A stretch of DNA of 43,223 nucleotides from Candidatus Thorarchaeota archaeon (GTDB taxonomy: Archaea > Asgardarchaeota > Thorarchaeia > Thorarchaeales > Thorarchaeaceae). The notes below the pieces were generated by a model that saw only the letters and a list, made by a program, of their open reading frames with translations, searched no databases and was not told the DNA's origin. Where the stretch lies: NCBI GenBank assembly GCA_048882045.1, contig JBHLRZ010000028.1, positions 1 to 43,223 on the forward strand. Reading direction: 5' to 3'. Every line of letters starts with the position of its first letter. Position 1 is the stretch's first letter. Positions 8,480-18,142 of this stretch are shown here, one piece after another. The position numbers were made by a program, and so were the translations under genes.

Positions 8480-9187
8480 TCAGTGTAGCTCGTATCTGAA
8501 CTCATTTCCAGCAGCCCATTGCAACTCAAGAACTTGATCAGGTTCCATTACAATAGGGGCGACTCCTTGGCCAAATTGTTGGATATATTTTGAGAACTTC
8601 TTGGTATCCTCTTCTGAGGTCCATCTCATTGGAATTCCAACTCTTGGTTTAGCGTCAATACAAAGACTCACTGCATCCTTGACTGGAAACACCCCATCTC
8701 CACCAACTGGTGTGATTAGAACATCCATCTCCAAGTGCTCGAATGGTCCTCGGATTATGGTGTCTCCCAAGTATCCGACCTTCATATCACCGATCTCAAT
8801 ATAGAGACCGAGATTCTCCATTCGCTCTCCTCCCTCTAATCTTGAGAGGGCGTAAGGCACGATCTTTACATCAGGAATCTCATAGGGTATTTCTGGCTTG
8901 AGCTCATGAAGCAACCAGGGTTTGACACCCTGTTCTGTGGCTTTCTCACCAGCACCCTTGTTCCCAAGGAACCATGCCTTTGAGTTCACTGCAATGGTTG
9001 CCGCATTTCCAACAGCATCGTCTGCTTCATTCGTTGCAACCACAACCCTGGCTGTGAAATCATCTGGAACGACCTTTTCACCGTCCCAAATTCCTGGATT
9101 CAAGAGAATCACAGTCTCATTGAATTCCAGTACAAATGATGTCTTACCAAAGTATGTTATCTTGAGCAACGAATCACTTCCCGTCAA
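8480..9187 (-). CDS. Metallo-beta-lactamase-fold protein (UPF0173-like) lacking metal-binding His residues
   Basis: Fold pattern LKITYFGKTSFVLE...ILLNPG...G-LYIE...VGYLGDT...DVLITPVGG...A....AKPRVGIPMRW. The HxHxDH motif reads TNEADDA. TTG start is uncertain. Confidence 0.75.
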   Translation of the reverse strand: MTGSDSLLKITYFGKTSFVLEFNETVILLNPGIWDGEKVVPDDFTARVVVATNEADDAVGNAATIAVNSKAWFLGNKGAGEKATEQGVKPWLLHELKPEIPYEIPDVKIVPYALSRLEGGERMENLGLYIEIGDMKVGYLGDTIIRGPFEHLEMDVLITPVGGDGVFPVKDAVSLCIDAKPRVGIPMRWTSEEDTKKFSKYIQQFGQGVAPIVMEPDQVLELQWAAGNEFRYELH

Positions 9188-9387
9188 TATGTACTGGTTC
9201 GGTCTGACCAGTATGATTGCTGCAATAGATTCCTGAAGATGTTACTAATAAGGTAATTTCCCATCAATGCTATTTCTCGCCGATTAGAGAGCGTTTTGAT
9301 TGGTTTTCCAAGAACTCAAAGTGAACGAGTGGTATCTTTTTATGACGTGAACAAGACTCTGTTCCAGAGGTCCTACCATTTATTGTA

Positions 9388-10701
9388 GTGTGTAGAGAGT
9401 TGAGTTCTATGCTCGAGAAGATTCTCACAGAGAAGTTCAGACGAACACTGAAGATGATCTTCACAGACATAACTAATCAACAGGATCGTAGAGATGAAGA
9501 AGAGTTTTCCAGAGACGAAGTTCGAATCAAGGAAACACTCCTGGACACCATTGAACCATTCCCCTCCGACATAATACTCGAACAGGACTTTCGTGTCGCT
9601 GCTGTTGATGGTTCTGGAACTGACAGTCTTATGACACTTGATGATATCCGAATCCATTTGCTCAGTACTTCCACAATCGTTGTTGATACAAACACTCACT
9701 CTGAGAATCTGTTCTCTCCTATTCAAAGGGAATATCTCGAGGATGAGATTGGAGAACAACCTCACATAGACATTCACTGGCACTCCGGAGTTCGTGGAGA
9801 TGCTCGTAAGAAACTTGCAGAAACCCTCGCTAATATCTATCCCTTAAAAGACGTTGCCAGTTTAACGCTACCTTTTTTCACCGACTACACACGAGGGAAG
9901 ATATCCTCATTCTCTGACTTCGCTGGAACAGATTATGAAAAGGATGTACCACGATTGAGGGATATTGAAACGCTGATATCTCGTGAACAGTTATTGACCA
10001 ATCCAATAGTCCATGAAGAGATACGAAAGGTTAGTGAATATGCCGCAGCTCGTAAACTCTTGATGAGTGATATTCAACCCAAGTATCTTCTCTTAGATGG
10101 AGCTTTGTCAGTTTTCATGCACTTCGTTCGACATTATCCTTCCATGCCAAGTGGATTCATGCTCAGAGAACTCTGTGCACTAGCACGACAAAAGGATGTC
10201 ATCATATGTGCAGTCAGCAAAAACCATACAATACCTTTCGCGCATCGCATAGCAGGAATGGCCCGAGATGTGTTTGGGGACAATGCTAAGTGGTTTTGCC
10301 ATTTACCAAGTAAGGAAGATCCTGATGGAGGTCTCCATATCTATGAAGATCGAACCTACATTCCTCCTATGTTGGCTGTCCCTTACCTATACAGTTTCTC
10401 AAGGGACAACAGACCTTCTAGGATAGATTTCGACCGAATCTGGTGGCTTGAGAACATCTTTGTCCCTGGCGACCCCAAAGCAACTCGCGCAAATGAGAAG
10501 TCACTCTTTTCTGAGTTAGAGTTTATGTCACGTGATGCTCGATGGTATGGATATCCTGTACCACTTGCACTGGCTCATGAATCTTGCAAGTTGAGCTATG
10601 AAGACTTGAGATTAGCAAAAGAAGTATGCATGGATGTTCGATCTGAAATGGGTCTTGAAAAAAGGAAGGCTCAGGATTTACGTGCTGATTATGATATGTA
10701 A
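9388..10701 (+). CDS. nurA: NurA 5'-3' nuclease
   Basis: VAAVDGSG; E in the RKVSEY helix; LLLDGAL; AVSK; GYPVPLALAHE. First gene of the herA-mre11-rad50 cluster. True start may be 9409 or 9454. Confidence 0.88.
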   Translation: MCRELSSMLEKILTEKFRRTLKMIFTDITNQQDRRDEEEFSRDEVRIKETLLDTIEPFPSDIILEQDFRVAAVDGSGTDSLMTLDDIRIHLLSTSTIVVDTNTHSENLFSPIQREYLEDEIGEQPHIDIHWHSGVRGDARKKLAETLANIYPLKDVASLTLPFFTDYTRGKISSFSDFAGTDYEKDVPRLRDIETLISREQLLTNPIVHEEIRKVSEYAAARKLLMSDIQPKYLLLDGALSVFMHFVRHYPSMPSGFMLRELCALARQKDVIICAVSKNHTIPFAHRIAGMARDVFGDNAKWFCHLPSKEDPDGGLHIYEDRTYIPPMLAVPYLYSFSRDNRPSRIDFDRIWWLENIFVPGDPKATRANEKSLFSELEFMSRDARWYGYPVPLALAHESCKLSYEDLRLAKEVCMDVRSEMGLEKRKAQDLRADYDM

Positions 10702-10713
10702 CCCGAGGAATGA

Positions 10714-12486
10714 ATGATGAGTATTGATAAAGACAAACTTGGAGAACTATATGGAAAAGTAGGTGCTGGAAACCAAAACTCACTTGGCATCATGGGGAGT
10801 AATCGTGATGTCAGTGTAGGAGAAATCTTCCTAATCTATTCCAGTCGCGATAATCATGAACGTGTATTCTTTTTCAGAGTCCTCGGGCTTGAAAACTATC
10901 TTCGTCAAGTTGACGACCTCGCACGTGTAGCAGGTACACTCATGGTGGAAGGTGACGCTTATCTGTCTGGTATTGAACGAAATATGTTACTCTCTGTCGG
11001 CGGAAGGATGTTGGGTTATGCAGAGAGAAAGGGTGATCAATGGGTTTTCAATTCTCCCAGAAGACTCCCGGATCATCTGGCATCTGTATATCGACCTGTT
11101 CCCGGTACATCTGATGAGAATGTCCGAAATATGTTAGAATGTCAAACTGATGGTCAGGTGTATGTTGGTGACCTCCAAGTTGGTGAGAAAACACTCGACG
11201 TTCCTATCAAGATTCCATCAAAATTTCTACCAATGCATGTTGGTATCTTTGGATCTACTGGATCTGGAAAGAGCAATCTAATGATGGTGCTCATCAAGTC
11301 AGTCATCGACAATAATTTGGATTCTTACAGAAGCCCAAAAGATGGCTCTCAGAGGATATCTGCTTTCTGTATAGACCCACATGATGAGTTTGCAAAAGGA
11401 GTTGACAAGTACGGAATTCAGAATGTAGTAGAAGATATGAGCGTGTCAACAAGAAAAGAGGTCATTGGCGACTTCTATTACCTTACAACACATAAGAAAG
11501 CCACAACTCGGGAAATTAGAAAGTACTCCCTTGAAATCAGAATTCTCTGGTCTGAGATTCAACCAAGGGACCTCTACTCAATACGCGAATTCACTGCAGA
11601 GATGACCTCTTTCATTGACGCCCAATATTCTTCACACGGCGAGAATTGGATCTCCTCTATTCTTAAGATGAATGAGGACGACGCAGATGTATCTAATGTT
11701 CAGAAAGGTACTCTTCGAGCTGTAAAACGAAGACTCAACTTCCTCGAAAGGTCTCCTATCTACATAGAATCTGGAAACTCAATTCTGGGAGATATTTTTG
11801 AAGCGATGGAAACAGGAAGAATCTTCGTTGTGAATACCAGCCTGATGAGTGACAGAGAGCAATTCCTCCTCACAACAATAGTCACTCGAACGTTGTCAGA
11901 TATGAGAAGAGCTCTCAAGAGTAGTGGTAATCTAGGCGACTTCGAACGTCAAGGTCAGATGCGCTTGCCATCATCTTTCTTTAGTAAGGTAAAGGCTCGA
12001 GCACGCTCTTTCTATGGCTATGGGGGAGTTGATAATGACACACCAGTACAGGATCCCAAAGATCTCCCAGTCATTCAGGTTACTGTTGAAGAAGCACCGT
12101 CAATTCTTAATCCTGAGTTAATGCGTGGTCAATCAGTTTTCAAGGATATCTCTCGTCAAGGACGCAAGTTCAACATTGGCCTTCTCGTGGTGAGTCAACA
12201 GGTGAGTGTCCTTGACAACGTAATTCTCAGTCAGATGAATACTGAGATCAACCTTCGACTTGGCAATGAAAGAGAGATCAGGGCTGCAATAGAAAACGCG
12301 AGTGTTAATATCTCGGGATTTGAGAACGAGTTTCGAGTCATGTCGCGTGGCGAAGCAATAATGACTCAGTCGTATCGAGAACTTCCGCTCCCAGTTCGAA
12401 TTCCTCTCTTTGATGATGTCTACGAGAGAGACAAGAACAAATACAAGGATTCGCGGACTAAGAAGGACGAGGAACACATACTCTGA
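10714..12486 (+). CDS. herA: HerA bipolar helicase/translocase
   Basis: N-terminal HAS-barrel-like region; HVGIFGSTGSGKSN Walker A; IDPHDEF; VEEAP Walker B; RQGRKFNIG arginine finger; SQQ; SQMNT; GEA. Confidence 0.92.
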   Translation: MMSIDKDKLGELYGKVGAGNQNSLGIMGSNRDVSVGEIFLIYSSRDNHERVFFFRVLGLENYLRQVDDLARVAGTLMVEGDAYLSGIERNMLLSVGGRMLGYAERKGDQWVFNSPRRLPDHLASVYRPVPGTSDENVRNMLECQTDGQVYVGDLQVGEKTLDVPIKIPSKFLPMHVGIFGSTGSGKSNLMMVLIKSVIDNNLDSYRSPKDGSQRISAFCIDPHDEFAKGVDKYGIQNVVEDMSVSTRKEVIGDFYYLTTHKKATTREIRKYSLEIRILWSEIQPRDLYSIREFTAEMTSFIDAQYSSHGENWISSILKMNEDDADVSNVQKGTLRAVKRRLNFLERSPIYIESGNSILGDIFEAMETGRIFVVNTSLMSDREQFLLTTIVTRTLSDMRRALKSSGNLGDFERQGQMRLPSSFFSKVKARARSFYGYGGVDNDTPVQDPKDLPVIQVTVEEAPSILNPELMRGQSVFKDISRQGRKFNIGLLVVSQQVSVLDNVILSQMNTEINLRLGNEREIRAAIENASVNISGFENEFRVMSRGEAIMTQSYRELPLPVRIPLFDDVYERDKNKYKDSRTKKDEEHIL

Positions 12487-12495
12487 GGGATATGT

Positions 12496-13809
12496 TTGAC
12501 CAGAATCGCACACATTTCTGACACACACCTTGGTTCCAAACCAAGAGCTGGAGTCAGGCACAATGTGTGGGGACAGGAAATGCGCTCACAGCTTCTTGAA
12601 AACGACTTCTATGAGCGTTTTGAAGAGTTGTTTGACATCATTGCCAAACTTGACCCGCCAGTTGACCTCGTTGTACATTCAGGTGACCTCTACAACTCGC
12701 CATGGGAGGGCAATCCTTCCCAACCTCCAGTAGTAGCTCAGGAAACTGCGATTAGGGTGCTTCAGAATTTCATTCAAGAAACTGGAATCCCTGTTCTAAT
12801 AATTGAAGGAAACCATGGGTTATACAGATTATTGGAAGTTTCACTTCTCGATACGCTGAAGTTGGCAGTTCCTGGACTTGATGTAGCAACTCAGCAGGAT
12901 TTGAAAGAAGCCATCCGTCAAGACATACCGCTCATACGGTCTTATGACAAGCTCGATGTCTTTTGTTTTCCATTTATCGACCATGCGGTCCTAGAGAAGA
13001 CAGGTGACATGTTAACTAAGTATGATGACTGGATCACTTCGAATCAAACACGGGATAATAACAAGCAAACCATAGCAGTAGCTCACGGGATGGACATTGA
13101 TCACACGCTGCACAAGAGCATCTTCACAATGGACTATGACTACATTGCATTAGGACATGACCATCATCAACACAAACACTCAGCAAAAGCGTGGTATGCA
13201 GGGTCTCCTGAACGATGGAGGTTCGATGAGATTAAACATGACAAGGGTTTCATCGTCGTTGACATACAAGGAGCAGGACAGGAACCAGTTGTTACACCAA
13301 ATATTCTGACATTTGACCGTCCAGTAGTCAGCGACAGAATCACTCTTGATTCGGATGATACTGTTGATTCGATTACAGAAAGAGTGTTTGAGCTCCTAAA
13401 AGGACTAGGTCTTAAAGAGGCGTGGAATCCAAAGACTGCTGCGAGATTGAGATTGATCATAGAGGGAACATCCTCTCGAATGACGTCATTTGAGCTCGGT
13501 CTGGCTCTTGAATCGTTGCGGATGAAGACACTCTCGAAGGAAACTGAGTATAACGTTGCTCAGTTCGTATGGTTTGTGCGTCAACACGGTGAGAAAGAGT
13601 TCACCTCTGCTGCTTACCCTGAAATCGAATCAGAGTATCTTATTCAGGACCCCGAGGAGGACTTCCAAGCCTACTTGGGAACTTTGGAGGTCGATAATAC
13701 TCTCGACACATCAATGCTCACGAAGATTGCAGTTCGGTCATTAGAGTATGCAGTGGGTAAACTTGAAGGAAAGATGACCTCGGAATCAATAGCGGAGGAT
13801 GAGCAATGA
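12496..13809 (+). CDS. mre11: Mre11/SbcD nuclease
   Basis: All five phosphoesterase motifs: HISDTHLG, SGDLY, EGNHG, VAHG, ALGHDH; also YAGSPE and KGF. Overlaps the rad50 start by 4 nt (ATGA). Confidence 0.92.
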   Translation: MTRIAHISDTHLGSKPRAGVRHNVWGQEMRSQLLENDFYERFEELFDIIAKLDPPVDLVVHSGDLYNSPWEGNPSQPPVVAQETAIRVLQNFIQETGIPVLIIEGNHGLYRLLEVSLLDTLKLAVPGLDVATQQDLKEAIRQDIPLIRSYDKLDVFCFPFIDHAVLEKTGDMLTKYDDWITSNQTRDNNKQTIAVAHGMDIDHTLHKSIFTMDYDYIALGHDHHQHKHSAKAWYAGSPERWRFDEIKHDKGFIVVDIQGAGQEPVVTPNILTFDRPVVSDRITLDSDDTVDSITERVFELLKGLGLKEAWNPKTAARLRLIIEGTSSRMTSFELGLALESLRMKTLSKETEYNVAQFVWFVRQHGEKEFTSAAYPEIESEYLIQDPEEDFQAYLGTLEVDNTLDTSMLTKIAVRSLEYAVGKLEGKMTSESIAEDEQ

Positions 13810-15884
13810 AGATCCTTCGTTTGAGGATTCGTAACTTCAAACCATTCAGAGACCTCTCTCTTCCAGAAGAAGATACTGACTTACCAGATGGACTCATCCT
13901 TATCGAGGGGCCAAATTCGACTGGTAAGTCCTCCCTCTTTGAAGCAATCCTCTGGGGTCTCTGGGGAGCAGAGTCAGTCACACTCACGAATGACGAACTA
14001 ATCAGTTTTGCATCAACACATTGCCAAGTCATTGTCACCTTCCAAGTTGCTGGTACACAATACAAGGTAGATCGTTCTTACAATCCAGCTGACGGTATGG
14101 CTGTTGTTCTTTTCACGAAGAAAGGAAATGCCTGGAAACGGATTGCTGACAAGAGTCGATCTGTAGCGACCAAACTGGATGAGGTTCTCAGCCTTGATCT
14201 GAAACAAGCATTAAGCACACTACTAGTCCGCCAAGGGGAGGTTGCAGTCATTGCAAATGCTACACCCACAGTACTACGTAATCTCCTTGTTGAGGTATAT
14301 GGCATTGACCTACTTCGACGAATGACTGGGCATCTTGAAGAGCTAGAGAATGACCTTAAGATCAAGATTGACTCTCTCAAGATGGACTATCAACGACCTG
14401 AGCATATCCAAGAACAGATTATTGAATATCAAACACGAATCAAAGAACACAAGAAGTCTCAGAAACTGAAAGAGAAGGAGCTTAGAACCAAAGAGAAGAA
14501 TCTCAGCTCCCTACCTGATATGGATTCAATCAAGCGAATCCACCAACTGAACAGAAACTTGGAAACACAACAGAAAGAGATTGAAACCTATACACAACAG
14601 CTTGACAAAGATCTCGCGCAAGCTGGACTAGTTAGTGTCAGTGAGAAGACGATTGACTCCCGACTAGAATTTCTGAAACTTGAAACATCTCGGATAAAAT
14701 CAGAGAAGAAATCATCAGAGAAATCCATGCAAGAGCTAGATCGTGAGATTGGGAAGTTTGAAGGAACAAGAACCGATCTTGAGGAAAAGATAGCGATTCT
14801 TGAGTCCGCTGGAATAGATGATATGATTGAATGTCCCACCTGCTCTAAACCACTAACAGGTGCTGAAAGAAAGAAGCTCATCTCCGAATACAGAGTTACA
14901 ATCAAAGACAGTCAATCTAAAAGGGGAGAACTTGAAGAACAAAGAAACCAGGTTCAAGCCGCCTCCAAATCATATGATGATAGAGTACTAGAGATCTCCA
15001 GATCCATCGATGCAGCAGATCGTGCTTCAAAGACTCAGAAAAAGATAGATGAAACCCAGAAAGATGCTAAAGAAGCAGTTGCGGCACTCACAGAAATCCT
15101 GCAGAGTTACAAGGTAAGGACGATTGACGGTCTTCTACAGAAACACCAAATCGGTAGTGTTATGGACCTACAAGGCATGGTGGAGCGACTTGATGAATCT
15201 ATTAGCTCCTTGAAACGTGATATTGAGCAAACAAACGAGAACATTCTTCGCGAGGAGATTCTAATCTCGGAGTTGGAAGGAAAACAGTTTGAGATGGAGA
15301 AACGAGGAAAGGACATAGATGAGCTAGAGAGCATTAGTGAGCACACCAAGTATGTTCGACGGAAACTTGTCAACGGCTTTGTGACCGACTTTGTGTTTCA
15401 AAAGCGATTAATTGGTATAATTCGTGGGGCAACCAATTCCTATGTCCAATCATTTACGAATGAGCAATATACAAGCATTGATCTGGAACCTACAGCCGCC
15501 AAGGGCCGTTCTGGGTCGGGATTGATACTTCGAATATGGGATGAACGTGACAAGGCTTGGAAAAAGACCTCACAGCTGAGTTTTGGAGACCGTACTGCAA
15601 TCAGTCTGGGTCTCAGATTGGGTATTAGTCGTACAATGAGTAGTATTCGCCCATTGAAAGATAGTCCTGTTGTGATGCCCAGAGTACGAACAGTCTTACT
15701 TGATGAACCACTTGGAGGATTGGACAAACTCCGACGCGAAGCTGTTGTCAGAAATCTCGTCAATGACCAGAGCTTCGAGCAGATTCTACTGATTACTCAT
15801 ACAGATGTCCAAGGCTGGGAAGGAGTTCCAGTCATAGAGGTTTCAAAGACTGGCACAACGAGTAACGCCATATTGAAGATGTAG
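13806..15884 (+). CDS. rad50: Rad50/SbcC SMC-like ATPase
   Basis: IRNFKPF; Walker A GPNSTGKSS; Q-loop VRQGE; coiled coils with central Zn hook CPTC; signature LSFGD; Walker B/D-loop LLDEPLGGLD; H-switch ITH. Confidence 0.92.
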   Translation: MKILRLRIRNFKPFRDLSLPEEDTDLPDGLILIEGPNSTGKSSLFEAILWGLWGAESVTLTNDELISFASTHCQVIVTFQVAGTQYKVDRSYNPADGMAVVLFTKKGNAWKRIADKSRSVATKLDEVLSLDLKQALSTLLVRQGEVAVIANATPTVLRNLLVEVYGIDLLRRMTGHLEELENDLKIKIDSLKMDYQRPEHIQEQIIEYQTRIKEHKKSQKLKEKELRTKEKNLSSLPDMDSIKRIHQLNRNLETQQKEIETYTQQLDKDLAQAGLVSVSEKTIDSRLEFLKLETSRIKSEKKSSEKSMQELDREIGKFEGTRTDLEEKIAILESAGIDDMIECPTCSKPLTGAERKKLISEYRVTIKDSQSKRGELEEQRNQVQAASKSYDDRVLEISRSIDAADRASKTQKKIDETQKDAKEAVAALTEILQSYKVRTIDGLLQKHQIGSVMDLQGMVERLDESISSLKRDIEQTNENILREEILISELEGKQFEMEKRGKDIDELESISEHTKYVRRKLVNGFVTDFVFQKRLIGIIRGATNSYVQSFTNEQYTSIDLEPTAAKGRSGSGLILRIWDERDKAWKKTSQLSFGDRTAISLGLRLGISRTMSSIRPLKDSPVVMPRVRTVLLDEPLGGLDKLRREAVVRNLVNDQSFEQILLITHTDVQGWEGVPVIEVSKTGTTSNAILKM

Positions 15885-15931
15885 ACGCCTTGGAATAAAT
15901 ATTAATCAGAGGAAACACGTGTCCAGTTATT

Positions 15932-18142
15932 ATGTGCGCTGATGTGTTGCTCAGATTTGGTCGGTCTCTTGACAGACGACTCAACACTGCCGGACATCAG
16001 TTGCGTCGATTCATTGTAGATAACCGAATTCTGATTTCTGTGCTGGCTATTGGATTCATCGTCTGGGCTTTGGTGTTTAATGCAGCAGTGGTTGACTATA
16101 CTGCAACTCATACCTGGACAACAAGGGCTGCATGGTTGGGTCCACTTCCAAATCCCGATACAGTCTTTGTCTTTGGATTTGATATTGAGTATCAACTGGA
16201 AGGTTATAGTGATTATTCGTTCTACTATGTTCACTGGGGATATAATTTCCTTCATGGAACAATGCCATACACTCCGGACTTCGGATATCTCGAGATGGAT
16301 GGTATAACCAATGAGAATGGAGCTCATCTGTTCCCTCCATTCACATCCTACCTCTATGCATTTGGAATCTGGTTGGGGAACCTTTATGGTTGGGAGAACT
16401 GGGGTATCGGGTTCTTACTCGCACTTTTTGGCTATCTGACAGCTCTACCAATCTATGGTATTGCAAAGGAGCTCTCCTCAAACCGTCGTGTGGGTGAGGT
16501 TGCTGCGCTAACCTATCTACTGAATCCACTTGTGTTGTATAACACTGATTTTCTCTGGTTCAATCCCGCTCCTTTTGTCTTCTTCTTCTTTGCAGGATTC
16601 TACATGCTCATCAAAGAAAGACGAATGACGGGGACGCTACTTATCGTCACAGCAGCTCTATTCAAACAGAGTGCTTGGTTTTTTGGAATCCCACTAATTG
16701 TATACTTGCTAGTGAGAAAACGTGAGAAGACTGCAGACCATCCAGAAGTTGTAACAATTAGTGATGATGAGCAAGAGAAAAAAAAGAAAAAGCGTGCAAA
16801 ACCAAAACCACTCATTGAAGCAATGACAGATTATTTCGACCTACGTGCTTTTGCAATCAGCGTGATTGTTGTTCTTGCGTTTATAGGTGCCATCATGCTC
16901 CCGTTCCTGATTGCAACACCTGATTTCTTCAACTACTGGCGACTGGCACTGGGGTCCTTCTCATTTGAAAACTTCGACGATCCTCTTCCTTACAACCAAC
17001 CGATGAGAGTCCAAGCTCTTCTCATCATGTTCGGTCTGCCTGAACAAGCTGAGATGCTTGACACAATCATCAGATCCGGAGGTCCAATGGTATTTGCAGT
17101 CATCATTGGCCTTGGATTGATGGTACTCAAAGACCGATATATTGGTGAAGAGAAGCTATACCTCCGTAGGATTCTTTTCATTACATTCATGATGATGTTG
17201 CTGGTAAATATCGTGGGATCCCGTGGAGTCTTCAAATACTATTTTGTAGCTATCGTGCCATTTTTCTCAATCTTCTCATCTGCACGTATGATTCGTGGAA
17301 CCGGTGAACATGTGCCCTTCTCTGCCAGTATGATTCTCCTTCCTATACCCTTCACACTTATGATCCTCCTTCCTGATCGCAACTACTACATGCTTTATTT
17401 GATTGCCCTCTTTGCAATCTATGGACTAGCACCGATACTAGACCGGTTATATGACAAGCTGAAACGAATCATTAGACTTCTAACGGATAAATTGCCAGTA
17501 TCCTTTGTTACCCTGTCCATCAAGAAACCATCAGAAGAACTAATACTGTCAAGAGTAATTTCATGGGTATCACGGGTTTCTTCACTTGTAATTGGACTGT
17601 CGCTTGCTGTATTTGGTTTCTGGTTCAGCCTGCAAGCCATAGGAGCGAGCCCAATTGTGCTTCTCACAGTGTTGTTAATAATGGGGATTGCTCTCACACT
17701 AGCCCCTCAGATGATATCATTGGTTCTAAGCTCTTGGAATACCGATGATTTCAATGAGAATCTTTTTTCACTCTCATATACAACTGCAGTCTTGTCGATT
17801 GTTTTTGGCTTGGGAACCTATATTCAGGCTTGGAACATGTTTGAGTTTTCAATAAGATTGCCCTTGATCTTTGTCGGAATCTTTGTCATAATCTGGGCTT
17901 GTTCTCTTGTCATCAAGATGGGAATACGTGAACGAGTCATTGGAAGTGCCATCCTTTTAGGTGGAACCGCTATTGGGTTGGGACTATGGTCCTCCGCTGG
18001 CGATATGATTCTCCAAGTTATTGGACTGCTTAGCATATGCTCTTTAATCATATACTTCCTTCTGGTCATCGTCGCACTGATTTATTCTAGAAACAGTGCT
18101 GCTATGAAAAATACACCTGACAAGCCTCTGCAAGTTCATTGA
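15932..18142 (+). CDS. Polytopic GT-C-fold glycosyltransferase (GT87/PIG-M/PMT-like) with extra C-terminal TM bundle
   Basis: First TM followed by a loop with EGYSDYSFYY...PYTPDF...FPPF; TYLLNPL; FNPAPFVFF; AALFKQ; RGVFKYYF. More than 15 hydrophobic segments. Start uncertain. Confidence 0.72.
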   Translation: MCADVLLRFGRSLDRRLNTAGHQLRRFIVDNRILISVLAIGFIVWALVFNAAVVDYTATHTWTTRAAWLGPLPNPDTVFVFGFDIEYQLEGYSDYSFYYVHWGYNFLHGTMPYTPDFGYLEMDGITNENGAHLFPPFTSYLYAFGIWLGNLYGWENWGIGFLLALFGYLTALPIYGIAKELSSNRRVGEVAALTYLLNPLVLYNTDFLWFNPAPFVFFFFAGFYMLIKERRMTGTLLIVTAALFKQSAWFFGIPLIVYLLVRKREKTADHPEVVTISDDEQEKKKKKRAKPKPLIEAMTDYFDLRAFAISVIVVLAFIGAIMLPFLIATPDFFNYWRLALGSFSFENFDDPLPYNQPMRVQALLIMFGLPEQAEMLDTIIRSGGPMVFAVIIGLGLMVLKDRYIGEEKLYLRRILFITFMMMLLVNIVGSRGVFKYYFVAIVPFFSIFSSARMIRGTGEHVPFSASMILLPIPFTLMILLPDRNYYMLYLIALFAIYGLAPILDRLYDKLKRIIRLLTDKLPVSFVTLSIKKPSEELILSRVISWVSRVSSLVIGLSLAVFGFWFSLQAIGASPIVLLTVLLIMGIALTLAPQMISLVLSSWNTDDFNENLFSLSYTTAVLSIVFGLGTYIQAWNMFEFSIRLPLIFVGIFVIIWACSLVIKMGIRERVIGSAILLGGTAIGLGLWSSAGDMILQVIGLLSICSLIIYFLLVIVALIYSRNSAAMKNTPDKPLQVH

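Noticed and set aside
9192-9213. Inverted repeat TACTGGT-N8-ACCAGTA just upstream of the MBL-fold gene
   Set aside because: Only 7-bp arms, a single instance and no supporting second copy; could arise by chance.
9388-12486. NurA-HerA as a stand-alone antiviral HerA system
   Set aside because: Directly followed by mre11 and rad50, the canonical archaeal repair operon.
16775-16792. A-rich homopolymer tract as a phase-variation or frameshift site
   Set aside because: It encodes an in-frame poly-Lys loop (EKKKKKR) and the ORF is uninterrupted.
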